A stretch of DNA of 64,000 nt, taken from positions 17,156 through 81,155 of the forward strand of contig CALDDM010000002.1 of the NCBI GenBank assembly GCA_937936355.1, read 5' to 3'. This document shows, one piece after another, positions 38,027 to 48,682 of the stretch. This stretch comes from Minisyncoccota bacterium. Lineage in GTDB: Bacteria; Patescibacteriota; Minisyncoccia; Moranbacterales; GCA-2747515. Every line of letters begins with the position of its first letter. The stretch's first letter is position 1. Both the position numbers and the translations under genes were made by a program. The notes under the pieces are model-generated. The model searched no databases. It saw only the letters and a list, made by a program, of their open reading frames with translations, and had not been told where the DNA came from.

Positions 38027-38596
38027 CTATTTTTTTCTTTTGGGTGTTGTTTTTTTTCTTGTAGCACTCTTTCCCGCCGCACTCCCCCTTGTGTTTCTCT
38101 GGCCAATGAGAAATTTTCGCTTATCATCGCTAAGATTGAGAAAATCGTCACACGTTCCAATGAGGCGTGTACTTGTACTTTCTGCAAATGCAACACCTTC
38201 CACGCGACAACCTGTTACGATTTGTAAGTACTGCACAAGTGGGATGTAGTCGCCATCGCCCGACGCTATGATTATGACATCGCATTTACTTGCCAGAGTG
38301 ATTGCATCTACTGCTATGCCGACGTCCCAGTCAGCTTTTTTGTTCCCTCCATGAAAAATCTGTAATTCCTTTGTCTTTACTTCATAGCCAGACTTCTCTA
38401 GTGCATCAAAAAATGACTCCTCATGCGCCTCTTGTGTGGATATGCCATAGCCTATTGCGCGAATCAGCTTTCTGCCGGCAACCGCCTCTGTGAGAAGGTT
38501 TTTGAAATTCACTTTCCGCTCATGTAAGACACGAGCACTGTAATAAAGATTCTGAATGTCTACAAGAACACAAACTCGTTGGTCAGCATGTTTCAT
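38027..38596 (-). CDS. NYN/LabA-like PIN-domain protein
   Basis: VCVLVDIQNLYYSARVL...IIIASGDGDYIPLVQYLQ (NYN domain pattern). Confidence 0.7.
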   Translation of the reverse strand: MKHADQRVCVLVDIQNLYYSARVLHERKVNFKNLLTEAVAGRKLIRAIGYGISTQEAHEESFFDALEKSGYEVKTKELQIFHGGNKKADWDVGIAVDAITLASKCDVIIIASGDGDYIPLVQYLQIVTGCRVEGVAFAESTSTRLIGTCDDFLNLSDDKRKFLIGQRNTRGSAAGKSATRKKTTPKRKK

Positions 38597-38750
38597 AAAA
38601 AATATTTATAAATTATCTCGCGGTAGGCATTACCGTGTCGAGAAGCTTCATAACATTGATTATGGCGCTGTGCCACCTTTGTGTCAAATAGCACCTCTTG
38701 TTACAAATGCAAAACACTCCTTGCGGAGTGTTTTATTGAAATGCCTAATA

Positions 38751-39023
38751 CTATTTTTTGTCTTTTAGGCCGAGCTTTTTTGTGACAGACTTATAAGCCT
38801 TTGGGTTGTTCTCTTTTAGATAGTCTAGAAGCTTCTTACGCTTTGATACCATCTTGAGAAGACCGCGGCGTGAGTGAAAGTCATGAATATTCTTTTTGAG
38901 ATGCTTTGTCAGCTTCTCTATGCGCGTTGTAAAAAGCGCAATTTGATACTCAGGTGATCCACTATCTTTGTCATGGCGAACAAGATCTTTTGTCGCATTG
39001 ACTTTCTGACGTTTTGTCAACAT
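38751..39023 (-). CDS. rpsO: 30S ribosomal protein S15 (start at the internal Met MLTKRQK)
   Basis: [50 protein letters not shown] matches S15; rpsO-pnp synteny. Confidence 0.85.
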   Translation of the reverse strand: MLTKRQKVNATKDLVRHDKDSGSPEYQIALFTTRIEKLTKHLKKNIHDFHSRRGLLKMVSKRKKLLDYLKENNPKAYKSVTKKLGLKDKK

Positions 39024-39209
39024 GTTTTTTGCTTCTGCTATGGAGTCGTCAGCTTCCTGACCACGCCACACGAGAAATAAAGTAATTTAATAGAGTAACT
39101 ATACCACTACAGTGCAGTTAGCGCAACTTTCCGTCATTGAGATCTCCTCGGTCAATGCCTTCTCTCACCAAAAGCACCCTGAGAGAGTGCTTTGTTTGGC
39201 ATTGTCCTC

Positions 39210-41681
39210 CTAGAGGATTGCTGCTGCTGCTATGTGATCACCTTTTTTAGGCTTCATAATACTTACACCCTGCGTTGCCCTTCCTAGTGTGGATATGTCC
39301 GAGAGCTTAATCCTAATAATCTGGCCATTATCACTTGTGATAATGAGATCGCTGTCTGGATCATCCGCACTGACGACATATGATGCAACTATTTTACCTG
39401 TTTTTGGCGTAATATTTGCTGTTTTGAGGCCTCCTCCGCCACGCTTCTGAATCTTGTATTGTGTGAGATTTGTGCGCTTACCCATTCCGTTTTCTGTCAC
39501 AATGAGCAGCTGCGCGCCTTTCTGTGCTTTGAAAGAAAGATCCATGCCGACAACAATATCGCCTTCTTTAAGTTTGATGCCGCGTACGCCGGCTGCATTG
39601 CGTCCCATTGACCGTACGTCTGATTCTTTAAACCTGATTGCCATACCTTTAGCTGTAGTCATCGTGATCTCGTCTGTGCCAGTTGTTGGTTTTACCCAGT
39701 TGAGCTTATCACCTTTTTCAAGCTTCACTGCGATTAGTCCACTTCTTCGCACATTGTCAAAGTCTTCAATTTTTACCTTCTTCACTACTGCGTGGCTCGT
39801 AGCCATGAAAAGGTATTTCACATTGTCTTCTTTGTTGAATGGGATAATACTTGTCACCTCTTCCTCACCCGAGAGCTGGAGAAAGTTGACTACCGCATTC
39901 CCTTTCGCCGTACGCGTCGCTTCTGGAATTTCATAGGCCTTGATTTGGTACACCTTACCGCTTGAAGTAAAGAAGAATAAATTGTCATGCGTTGTGATGC
40001 TCAGAACGTGTTTTACGCTTGTATCTTCTTTTGTTGTTGCTCCTATTACACCTTTTCCACCTCGTTTTTGTGTCTTATAGACGTCTGGGCTCATGCGCTT
40101 GATGTAACCATCACTTGTGAGCGTGATGATTGCCTCTTCATTTGGGACAAGGTCCTCTTGCTTGAATTCTCCAATGGCTGATTTGTTGACCTTTGTTTTG
40201 CGCTCGTCACCAAACTTTTCTGTCAACTCCTTGAGCTCAGTACTGATAATCTTGAGCATCTTCTTCTCGCTTCCAAGGATTGCCTCAAGCTTCTTTATTA
40301 ATGCCAACTTTTCCTTGAGCTCGTCCTCAATCTTCTTTCTCTCAAGGCCGGCAAGTGTTTGTAAGCGCATTTCAAGAATTGCCTGTGCCTGAATAATTGA
40401 GAATTTGAATTTCTTGATCAGGTTTTTCGCAGCTTCCTCGCGTGTTTTGGAGTTTCGAATAATCTTTATGACCTCATCTATATGATCCAGAGCCTTTTTG
40501 AGACCTTCTAGTATGTGTGCACGCTCTTTTGCACGATTTAGCTCGAACTGTGTCCTTCTTTTTACAACCTCTTTCCGATGGATGATATAGTACTCGAGAA
40601 TTTCCTTGAGGTTGAGAATCCGCGGCTCTATGCCATCTACGAGGGCAAGCATATTTACATTGAAGTTCTTCTGCAGGTCTGTGAGTGTGTACAGTTGATT
40701 GAGTATCTTTTGTGGATACGCCTCTTTTTTGATATCAACAACAATTCTCACACCCTCTTTGCTTGACTCGTCGCGCAGGCCCTTGATCCCGAGAATTTTC
40801 TTTGTTTGCACGAGCATTGCGATTTTTTCCACCAGTGTCTGCTTATTCGTCAGATATGTGATCTCTGAAATAATGATCTGGAACTGTCCTGCTCGCTCCT
40901 CTTCAATTGTAGCCCTTGCTCGCATTGTAATCTTTCCTCTTCCTGTTGCGTAGGCTTCGCGTATTTCTTTTTTGTTATATATCACACCCCCCGTTGGAAA
41001 GTCAGGACCACTGACATGCTCCATGAGTTCGTCTGTATTGGCCTCGGGATTATTGATGAGCACTTCAACGGCCCCTGCGATCTCACGCAAGTTGTGCGGG
41101 GGAATGTTCGTTGCCATACCAACAGCAATACCCATCGTTCCATTTAGGAGTAGCTGTGGCAGCTTTGCAGGTAGAACTGCAGGCTCTTTTTGTGTGCCAT
41201 CAAAGTTTGGTCGGAAATCTACTGTGTCTTTTTCGATGTCAAAAAGCATCTCCTCGGAAATGTGTTGTAGCTTTGCCTCTGTATAACGATAAGCAGCTGG
41301 CCCGTCACCATCCATGGATCCAAAGTTTCCCTGACCCCAGATGAGTGGGTAGCGCAGAGACCATTCTTGCGCCATGCGAACCATCGAATCATAGACGGCC
41401 GTGTCACCATGCGGGTGATACTTACCAAGTACTTCACCAACAACAGTTGCGCTTTTACGAAACTTTGCTCCTGGCTTGAGTCCTGTCTTCCACATAGAGT
41501 AAAGGATGCGTCTATGGACTGGCTTCATACCATCTCTCACATCAGGCAAGGCACGCGCAATAATCACACTCATTGCATACTCAAGATAGGATTGCTGCAT
41601 TTCCTGCACAATCGGTCTTGCAGTTACACTGTGTAATGGTTGCTCTGTTTCTGCAATTTCTGCGTTTTTTTTCTTGGCCAT
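39210..41681 (-). CDS. gyrA: DNA gyrase subunit A
   Basis: N-terminus IVQEMQQSYLEYAMSVIIARALPDVRDGMKPVHRRILYSM...; C-terminal beta-pinwheel repeats. Confidence 0.9.
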   Translation of the reverse strand: MAKKKNAEIAETEQPLHSVTARPIVQEMQQSYLEYAMSVIIARALPDVRDGMKPVHRRILYSMWKTGLKPGAKFRKSATVVGEVLGKYHPHGDTAVYDSMVRMAQEWSLRYPLIWGQGNFGSMDGDGPAAYRYTEAKLQHISEEMLFDIEKDTVDFRPNFDGTQKEPAVLPAKLPQLLLNGTMGIAVGMATNIPPHNLREIAGAVEVLINNPEANTDELMEHVSGPDFPTGGVIYNKKEIREAYATGRGKITMRARATIEEERAGQFQIIISEITYLTNKQTLVEKIAMLVQTKKILGIKGLRDESSKEGVRIVVDIKKEAYPQKILNQLYTLTDLQKNFNVNMLALVDGIEPRILNLKEILEYYIIHRKEVVKRRTQFELNRAKERAHILEGLKKALDHIDEVIKIIRNSKTREEAAKNLIKKFKFSIIQAQAILEMRLQTLAGLERKKIEDELKEKLALIKKLEAILGSEKKMLKIISTELKELTEKFGDERKTKVNKSAIGEFKQEDLVPNEEAIITLTSDGYIKRMSPDVYKTQKRGGKGVIGATTKEDTSVKHVLSITTHDNLFFFTSSGKVYQIKAYEIPEATRTAKGNAVVNFLQLSGEEEVTSIIPFNKEDNVKYLFMATSHAVVKKVKIEDFDNVRRSGLIAVKLEKGDKLNWVKPTTGTDEITMTTAKGMAIRFKESDVRSMGRNAAGVRGIKLKEGDIVVGMDLSFKAQKGAQLLIVTENGMGKRTNLTQYKIQKRGGGGLKTANITPKTGKIVASYVVSADDPDSDLIITSDNGQIIRIKLSDISTLGRATQGVSIMKPKKGDHIAAAAIL

Positions 41682-41716
41682 ATTATTGGTAATTTATTCT
41701 AAAAGTCAGTGTCCAT

Positions 41717-42124
41717 CTACCGCAGTGGAGTGTCCTCTGTAGACTCAATGCTTGTTGTATTATTTTCTGATGGTGATGTTCCGAGTATGCTATCCAGTGC
41801 GCCTCCGAGATTGTCTGAGTCCTCTGCTCCCTGCAGCACTTCACCAACCGCCCTCGTTTCATCTATCGCATCCTTTGAGTCTTCGATAACTTCTGTGAGT
41901 GATGGCTCCCCCTCCTTATTAAAGGTTTCTGAGAATCTATTGCTAATATCACTAATGCCTCCACTTGATTCTAATATGTCTTCGCGAAGACTCACGCGGA
42001 GAGAAAGTATCCATATGATAAATATTAGTGCCATCGAAACAGTCACACAGCCCCAGACCCAGCGCATACGTATATGCTCTGGCTGCTTGCGAATACTAGC
42101 GATCTTTCCTTCTATTTTTGACAT
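41717..42124 (-). CDS. Small membrane hypothetical protein
   Basis: TM helix MRWVWGCVTVSMALIFIIWILSL; 135 aa. Confidence 0.35.
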   Translation of the reverse strand: MSKIEGKIASIRKQPEHIRMRWVWGCVTVSMALIFIIWILSLRVSLREDILESSGGISDISNRFSETFNKEGEPSLTEVIEDSKDAIDETRAVGEVLQGAEDSDNLGGALDSILGTSPSENNTTSIESTEDTPLR

Positions 42125-42193
42125 TGCATTGTGATGAACAAATTGAACAAACGATCAACTCTCTTGTTTGTCTGCCCGGATGATCTCTTGCAA

Positions 42194-42907
42194 TTATACA
42201 ACCTTAAGCATACAAACCTCCATTACCTTAGACTCAAGATCTGGCGCCTTGATTGTTAGCTTATCAAGTAGATCCTTGGGACAGTTGCCAATATTTGAGC
42301 AGAAGTCTTTTTGATCTCTCAGATCCTTTACTTTCACACCCGCTGTCTTATAGTGCATTGGTATAATTACCTTTGCCTCAAGCTTGCGTGCCACGTCCTC
42401 AGCCGTCTTGCCGTCCAAGCCTTTTTCGTCCCCGATAGGCAAGAACACTATATCTGCTCCAGATGCTGCATCGTACTGGTCTGGTGAAAGCTCACTTCCC
42501 AATGCGCCAAGATACACGACTTTCATATCCTCAATGTCGAGGATTGAGATGGTCGCATTGCCTCGCTCACTTCCACCCTGCAGGTCTGCTGGGGCTGCCA
42601 GTGAGACAATGTTTATACCTACAACAGAATACTCTCCTGGAAAGTCCAGAATAATTGGATCATTCCTCAGACCTTCTGGCGTTCCAAATACTTCGTCTGC
42701 ATGTGGCAGAAGTACAAGATTTGCTTTGCCCTGAAGAGGTTTTAAGCCTGTTTTTTTATCAAAGGGTCCTAGAACGACAGTGACATCGTCTGAGCCGCGA
42801 CCTGCAGTTTTTGCAACGATTTTGAAGCACGAAAGACCGTGGTATGTGATGTGCATAGATTTTCTATAAGTATAGCGAAAAACGCTTGGATAACTGTAAG
42901 TATACAT
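42194..42907 (-). CDS. Metallo-beta-lactamase-fold hydrolase (UPF0173-like); start may be at 42856
   Basis: MHITYHGLSCFKI..., a beta-lactamase-fold N-terminus; metal-binding His/Asp pattern. Confidence 0.6.
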   Translation of the reverse strand: MYTYSYPSVFRYTYRKSMHITYHGLSCFKIVAKTAGRGSDDVTVVLGPFDKKTGLKPLQGKANLVLLPHADEVFGTPEGLRNDPIILDFPGEYSVVGINIVSLAAPADLQGGSERGNATISILDIEDMKVVYLGALGSELSPDQYDAASGADIVFLPIGDEKGLDGKTAEDVARKLEAKVIIPMHYKTAGVKVKDLRDQKDFCSNIGNCPKDLLDKLTIKAPDLESKVMEVCMLKVV

Positions 42908-43274
42908 AAGAGTATATCACGCACAAACATGCGTGCCAATGCTTTGTATTTATATATAATCTATTCTATTGTATGTATCGAAATGTAGATTTTTAGTATC
43001 TCAAGGCTTTCCTCACCTTGAGCCGCTTGCATATATCACCTTCTTATAGTATACTTTTCCTACTGGTAATTATTAGACAAGTGAAGATGCTCGCTGCTTG
43101 ACCACCTCATGACTTGCTTTGTATAGCTTTTGTGATGTTGTCAGCCAAAGTTTAAGCGAAGCTCGTCAATGCACTTATGTGCCGTTTGGCTTTTTGTCTT
43201 GTAATTTCCACTTTTTAGTGGTTTTTTTGTTGCTAATCCCTGTGGGGTGCAATATCTGTGTACAGTAATTATTT

Positions 43275-44660
43275 ATGATGCGGGCACAGCGCATCGTCAC
43301 TTATATTTATATGGTTACAGATGAAAAAGATCTTCTCGATAAGATCGTTGAGGAAGTAAAGAATGAAGACAAGGCAAAGTCTGTAGTATCAAAGAGCGCC
43401 CCTGCAGACAAGAATTCTTCTGATGAAAAGGTGAAAAGAGCCGTCAAGAAAGAAGTGAAAGTGCCTGCTCCAGAGCAGAAAGAGGCAGCGCCTGTGAAAA
43501 ATGCTTCTGTTGCTGGCATGCCACCACGCGTTCAGGCTTCTGGCGTTTCTATGACAGAACTTTTCGAGAAAGATGAGACGCATATTCCCCAACTCGGAGA
43601 GCCTATTACTGGTACTGTAATTGATATTTCAGGTAATGTCGTACTCGTTGATCTTGGCGGCGTTGGCACCGGAATGGTTATAGGACGCGAGGCAAAAAGC
43701 GGACTGAGTGAGGATGCAAAGCTTGCTGTTGGCTCAACGATTGAGGCTGTTGTTACAGACATGATCAACGAGGAGGGTTATATGGAACTTTCTATTCGTG
43801 AGGCTTCCTACGAAAAGGCTTGGGATGACCTTCGCGCAAAGAAAGATGACGAACTCACTGTCAAAACAAAGATTCTTGATGCAAACAAAGGCGGATTGAT
43901 TGTCGAGATGAATGGAATTACTGGCTTTCTTCCAGTTTCACAACTTTCGAGCAAGAATTACCCTCGCGTTGAAGACGGTGATCGCAATAAAATCCTCGAA
44001 CTTCTCAAGCAACTCCTCGGTAAGGAGTTACCTGTTCGCATTCTTGATGTTGATCAGGAGACTGAGAAGTTGATCGTCTCCGAAAAGGCAGCTCATTCAG
44101 AAGAAGAGCGACAAGCAATTTCTGGACTCAGTGTTGGTGATGTCGTTGAGGGAGAAGTAAGTGGCGTTGTTGATTTCGGAGCGTTTGTTAAGTTTGCACC
44201 TGCTGGTAGTGATGATGATGCAGACCGAAATCTTGAAGGGCTCGTTCATATCTCTGAGCTTGCGTGGCAGCTGATCTCTGATCCTCGTGAGATTATCAAG
44301 GTTGGTGAGAAAGTACAGGCTAAGATCATCGGTATCGATGACACGCGTATCTCGCTTTCTGTTAAGGCACTTCTTGCAGATCCATGGACAGTGATTGGTG
44401 AAAAGTACGTTGTTGGCAAAGAGTATACGGGAGCTGTTGATAAAATTAATCCTTTTGGAGCATTTGTTTACCTCGATAAGGATATTCATGGTCTTGCACA
44501 TGTTAGTGAGTTCCAGGAAGCTTTCCCTGGGAAAAAGCTTGATGAAACGATCAAAGCAGGATCGTCATATAAGTGGAAAGTCCTTTCAATCGAGCCTAAG
44601 GGCCACCGCATGGGACTTCTCCTTGTTGACGGGAAGGAAGTGCCAAAGGAGGACGCCTAG
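43275..44660 (+). CDS. rpsA: 30S ribosomal protein S1 (four S1 domains, K/E-rich N-terminal extension)
   Basis: Repeated S1 OB-fold motifs (GTVIDISGNVVLVDLGG; GEVSGVVDFGAFVKF; GAVDKINPFGAFVYL). Confidence 0.8.
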   Translation: MMRAQRIVTYIYMVTDEKDLLDKIVEEVKNEDKAKSVVSKSAPADKNSSDEKVKRAVKKEVKVPAPEQKEAAPVKNASVAGMPPRVQASGVSMTELFEKDETHIPQLGEPITGTVIDISGNVVLVDLGGVGTGMVIGREAKSGLSEDAKLAVGSTIEAVVTDMINEEGYMELSIREASYEKAWDDLRAKKDDELTVKTKILDANKGGLIVEMNGITGFLPVSQLSSKNYPRVEDGDRNKILELLKQLLGKELPVRILDVDQETEKLIVSEKAAHSEEERQAISGLSVGDVVEGEVSGVVDFGAFVKFAPAGSDDDADRNLEGLVHISELAWQLISDPREIIKVGEKVQAKIIGIDDTRISLSVKALLADPWTVIGEKYVVGKEYTGAVDKINPFGAFVYLDKDIHGLAHVSEFQEAFPGKKLDETIKAGSSYKWKVLSIEPKGHRMGLLLVDGKEVPKEDA

Positions 44661-44683
44661 GGATTTATTGGACCCCTGTACAA

Positions 44684-44712
44684 ACACGCACTCAGGTGCG
44701 TGTTTTCTTTTA
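44684..44712 (+). terminator. Rho-independent terminator after rpsA
   Basis: aacacgcactcaggtgcgtgtt + T-rich. Confidence 0.55.
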
Positions 44713-44778
44713 CTTGCGTCCTATTTGCTTAGAGGATCTTCTGCGTTTATACTACTATAATCAACTTATCATATATTT

Positions 44779-45348
44779 ATGCGTAATCTTTTTGTTATAA
44801 CTGGTGCAACAGCGGTAGGCGAAGATAGCATCATAGACGCCCTCGGTCTTCGACGTCAATTTTCAAAGATCATTACATCGACTACCAGATCGATGCGTGA
44901 GCATGAGTCGCCGGGCTCTCCATATTACTTTGTTTCCAGGGAGGTTTTTGAGAAAGATATTGCTGATGGGGCTATGGTTGAGTACGCCACTGGCACCAAC
45001 GATGAACTCTACGGCGTCACACGATCTGAATTTACACGGCATGCAGAATCTCCGCTTCCTGTCATTTGGAAAGTTGACTTTAAGGGTGCTATGACTGCGC
45101 GGGAGCTTTTTCCTGAGTGTACAATCATCCACATAACAGTTCCTTCACCTGATGTCATAAGGGCGAGATTGCTCAAAAGAGATGCTGGTTCATCCCAGAC
45201 TTATATTGATGAGCGTCTAGCATATGCTAAAAATTGGGATCTTCACCCAGAGCTCTATGATTTTACTGTTGTAAATTCAGATGGCGAGCTGGATGCATCT
45301 GTTGATACAGTTGACCAAATCATATCATCTCGGATGGCCTCAGAGTAG
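44779..45348 (+). CDS. gmk: Guanylate kinase
   Basis: VITGATAVGEDSI...TTRSMREHESPGSPYYFVSREVFEKDIADGAMVEYA. Confidence 0.85.
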   Translation: MRNLFVITGATAVGEDSIIDALGLRRQFSKIITSTTRSMREHESPGSPYYFVSREVFEKDIADGAMVEYATGTNDELYGVTRSEFTRHAESPLPVIWKVDFKGAMTARELFPECTIIHITVPSPDVIRARLLKRDAGSSQTYIDERLAYAKNWDLHPELYDFTVVNSDGELDASVDTVDQIISSRMASE

Positions 45349-45360
45349 AGGCTTCCTGTT

Positions 45361-46374
45361 ATGCTACCGTTACCCACTACAATGAAAAACCTCACAAAAT
45401 TTTTGCAAAATGAGAATGCTGCCTATCATATGTGGGATCGCGGCTCCACTTTGATTGTGGCCGTGAGTGGTGGCCGAGATAGTATGTGCCTCCTCGATCT
45501 CCTTATTCGACTTCAGAATAAAGAAGATCTCACCCTTATTGTAGCCCATGTTAACTATGGCCTTCGGGGTTCTGATAGTGATGATGATGAGGCGCTTGTC
45601 CGCGCAGCGGCAATGCGGCACTCACTTAGATGTGAGGTTCTTACTGTTGATCCTTCCAGAGATTCGTCCACTCCTCAGAATGAAGCACTGTGGCGCTCTA
45701 TTCGCTATGATTTTTTTGAATCTATGGCACGGAATCATAGTGCCCACGCGATTGCCGTTGGGCACCATGCACATGATCAAGCTGAAACTCTCCTTCTCCA
45801 CTTGTTGCGTGGGACTGGCTTAAAAGGCCTTGCTGGCATGCAATCACGGAGTATGAGAGGTAATGTCTCCCTTATCAGGCCACTTTTGCATAGCTCTAGG
45901 GATGATATTGACGAACACTGCAAGAAATTTTCTTTGCGCTATCGGGATGACTCCAGCAATACAGACACAACACTTTTACGTAATAAAATCCGACACGAGT
46001 TGCTCCCAAATTTAGCTGAGAGCTATAATCCTAATATCATTGCAACCCTCGCGCAAACAGCAACAAATCTTTTCCATGACGAGTCACAATCTTTGCCGCC
46101 TCACTTTTGGCATACTACCTATACCGAAGAAATGACCCCGCAGTCTATTTCTTTTTCCCGTGAGACTTTTCTTCAGTATGATTTTTTCATGCAGAATATT
46201 CTCATCCGTCATTTTGCATCCCTCCTTCGATCAGAGGCATACTCTCCTAATTCTTCTCTGGGGTCGGAGTGCATTAAAGCTATCGTGAGTACGAAGTCTA
46301 AAGTACGTGAAAAGTCACTTTCAGGCTTGATTCTTACGTGTAATGGTGATATAGTTGAGCTTACACTTCCCTAG
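45361..46374 (+). CDS. tilS: tRNA(Ile)-lysidine synthetase
   Basis: PP-loop LIVAVSGGRDSMCLLDLL; N-type ATP pyrophosphatase fold. Confidence 0.8.
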   Translation: MLPLPTTMKNLTKFLQNENAAYHMWDRGSTLIVAVSGGRDSMCLLDLLIRLQNKEDLTLIVAHVNYGLRGSDSDDDEALVRAAAMRHSLRCEVLTVDPSRDSSTPQNEALWRSIRYDFFESMARNHSAHAIAVGHHAHDQAETLLLHLLRGTGLKGLAGMQSRSMRGNVSLIRPLLHSSRDDIDEHCKKFSLRYRDDSSNTDTTLLRNKIRHELLPNLAESYNPNIIATLAQTATNLFHDESQSLPPHFWHTTYTEEMTPQSISFSRETFLQYDFFMQNILIRHFASLLRSEAYSPNSSLGSECIKAIVSTKSKVREKSLSGLILTCNGDIVELTLP

Positions 46375-46484
46375 ACTATCGCTAGATATTTAGCAAGTGA
46401 TTGCTGAGTGGATGTGTGAAATTCATGCTCCTTTTTGGACTGCGAGCGTGTAGATTCAATTATATTTACTGCCTTACTAAATTT

Positions 46485-48365
46485 ATGCAAAAACTTATTA
46501 AACACCTTGGAGCAATTGTTTTAATTGCTATCTTCCTCAGTGGCCTTGCAATCCTCGTACAAGGTGATCAAGGTGTCCCAGCTGATATCGAGCTCTCTAC
46601 CCTCGCGCAACAAATCACAGACGATAAAGTTGCCAAAATTACGGTAGATGGAAACAAGGTCTCAGTCGAACTGAAGCCAGAAGAGGGCAAGGACGAAGGT
46701 GTCAAGCAGCGCACCAACAAGGAACGTGAAGCCAGTCTCACAGAGAGCCTTACAAACCTTGGTGTCACAGAGGACAAGCTTCGTGGGCTTCCGATTACAT
46801 ATGAGGAGCCATCTGATGGAGAGAAAGCTGCGAGTGCTGTTCTCCCTATCATTGTCCCCGTTCTTCTGATCGGTCTTCTGATCTGGTTTATGATGCGGCA
46901 GGCAATGCGTGGTAATAATCAAGCACTTTCTTTTGGTACGTCACGCGCACGTATGATCGATCCAAAAGACAAGAAGAATAAAGTCCTCTTCAAAGATGTT
47001 GCTGGTAACAAGGAAGCCAAGGAAGAGCTTAGTGAAATTGTTGACTTCCTCAAGGCGCCTCAGAAGTTTCTTGAATTAGGAGCAAAGATTCCAAAAGGTG
47101 TGCTACTTCTGGGGAACCCCGGGACAGGTAAAACCCTTCTTGCGAAAGCTGTTGCGGGTGAGGCTGAGGTGCCATTTTTTACTATAAGTGGTAGCGAATT
47201 TGTGGAGATGTTTGTTGGTGTTGGCGCATCCCGTGTACGAGATCTTTTCAAGCAAGCTAAGAAGAACGCGCCATCTATCGTGTTCATTGATGAAGTAGAT
47301 GCTGTCGGTAGACAGCGTGGTGCGGGACTTGGCGGTGGCAATGACGAGCGAGAACAAACGCTCAACCAAATCCTTGTTGAAATGGATGGCTTTGAGAGTG
47401 ATACAAATATCATCGTCATAGCAGCAACTAATAGGCCTGATGTTCTGGATCCTGCACTCCTTCGTCCAGGGCGCTTTGATCGTCGTGTCACAGTTGGGCT
47501 ACCAGATCTTAGTGATCGTATTGCAATCCTCCAGATCCATGCAAAAAACAAGCCGCTGACAAAGGATGTGGACTTAGAGCAACTTGCACAACGCACGCCT
47601 GGCTTTGCTGGTGCTGATCTTGCTAACCTCATGAATGAGGGCGCCCTCCTTGCTGGAAGGCGTGACAGCAAGACAATAAATATGACAGATCTCGTTGATG
47701 CAATTGAAAAAGTCATGCTAGGACCTGCCCGAAAGAATAAACGCATGGATGAAAAGGAAACAGAGATGACTGCATACCATGAAGCTGGACATGCCCTGGT
47801 TGGCGCTAGCCTCGAGCATGCTGACCCTATTCACAAGGTCTCCATCATATCTCGTGGAGGTGCTGGTGGTTATACACTAAGTGTTCCTGAAAAGGATGTC
47901 CACTATCATTCTCGCTCATACTTCATCGATCAACTTGCAATGCTCTTTGGTGGTTATGCAGCAGAGCAGCTCATTTATGGAGAGACTTCAACTGGTCCGT
48001 CGAGTGATTTGGAGCGCGCGACCTCTATGGCACGCAAATTTGTCACACGTTACGGCATGAGTGAACTTGGAGCTCGTACCTTTGGGAAGCGAGAGGAGCA
48101 TGTCTTCCTTGGTCGCGAAGTTTCTGAAGAGAAGGATTTCTCGGAGAAGACGGCTGAAGATATTGATCGAGTGGTGAGCAAGATTGTTGCTGAAGCACAA
48201 GAGACTGCGACTTCAATCATTACACAGAAGCGTGACCTGCTGGAAAAAATTACACAAGTCCTCTTGGAAAAAGAAACCATTGAGAAGGCCGAGTTTGAAG
48301 CAATCATGGCAGGCAAGGAGTATACCCCACCTGCGGAAGAGAAGCCTGCTGTCGCTGCAGCATAA
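46485..48365 (+). CDS. ftsH: ATP-dependent zinc metalloprotease FtsH (start chosen at MQKLIKHLG)
   Basis: Two TM helices, AAA Walker [22 protein letters not shown] zinc motif. Confidence 0.9.
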   Translation: MQKLIKHLGAIVLIAIFLSGLAILVQGDQGVPADIELSTLAQQITDDKVAKITVDGNKVSVELKPEEGKDEGVKQRTNKEREASLTESLTNLGVTEDKLRGLPITYEEPSDGEKAASAVLPIIVPVLLIGLLIWFMMRQAMRGNNQALSFGTSRARMIDPKDKKNKVLFKDVAGNKEAKEELSEIVDFLKAPQKFLELGAKIPKGVLLLGNPGTGKTLLAKAVAGEAEVPFFTISGSEFVEMFVGVGASRVRDLFKQAKKNAPSIVFIDEVDAVGRQRGAGLGGGNDEREQTLNQILVEMDGFESDTNIIVIAATNRPDVLDPALLRPGRFDRRVTVGLPDLSDRIAILQIHAKNKPLTKDVDLEQLAQRTPGFAGADLANLMNEGALLAGRRDSKTINMTDLVDAIEKVMLGPARKNKRMDEKETEMTAYHEAGHALVGASLEHADPIHKVSIISRGGAGGYTLSVPEKDVHYHSRSYFIDQLAMLFGGYAAEQLIYGETSTGPSSDLERATSMARKFVTRYGMSELGARTFGKREEHVFLGREVSEEKDFSEKTAEDIDRVVSKIVAEAQETATSIITQKRDLLEKITQVLLEKETIEKAEFEAIMAGKEYTPPAEEKPAVAAA

Positions 48366-48387
48366 GAACTTCTCGTATTCCAATTAA

Positions 48388-48416
48388 GCTCTGCTCTGCA
48401 CGTGCAGGGCTTTTTT
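48388..48416 (+). terminator. Rho-independent terminator after ftsH
   Basis: ctgcacgtgcag palindrome in a GC stem followed by tttttt. Confidence 0.55.
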
Positions 48417-48547
48417 GTATGCGTTAAAGTATTCAGCTTTTCTCCATTAACTAGACTCTTTATATGTGGTCACCTAACAGTTGCCTATTTCCCATGTTTG
48501 CTGTATTATTTATCGTACATTGTTCGTGGCATTTCACGCTACGTCTT

Positions 48548-48621
48548 GGGCAGTTAGCTCAGTTGGTTAGAGCGCTTGGTCGACATCCAAGAGGTCACAA
48601 GTTCGAATCTTGTACCGCCCA
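48548..48621 (+). tRNA. tRNA-Val (GAC)
   Basis: gggcagt...accgccc acceptor (one A-C mismatch), anticodon loop tcGACat, T-arm acaag-ttcgaat-cttgt. Confidence 0.7.
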
Positions 48622-48633
48622 CATGTTAAAAAA

Positions 48634-48656
48634 ATCTCCATAGGGAGATTTTTTTA
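48634..48656 (+). terminator. Rho-independent terminator after tRNA-Val
   Basis: atctccatagggagat + ttttttt. Confidence 0.6.
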
Positions 48657-48682
48657 CTGTCTTATTTTTTTGTATAGTTTTG

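Noticed and set aside
47060-47746. 228-aa minus-strand ORF inside ftsH
   Set aside because: It is antisense to a highly conserved AAA+ protease gene, and its Arg/Ser/Pro/Ala-rich translation is typical of a shadow ORF.
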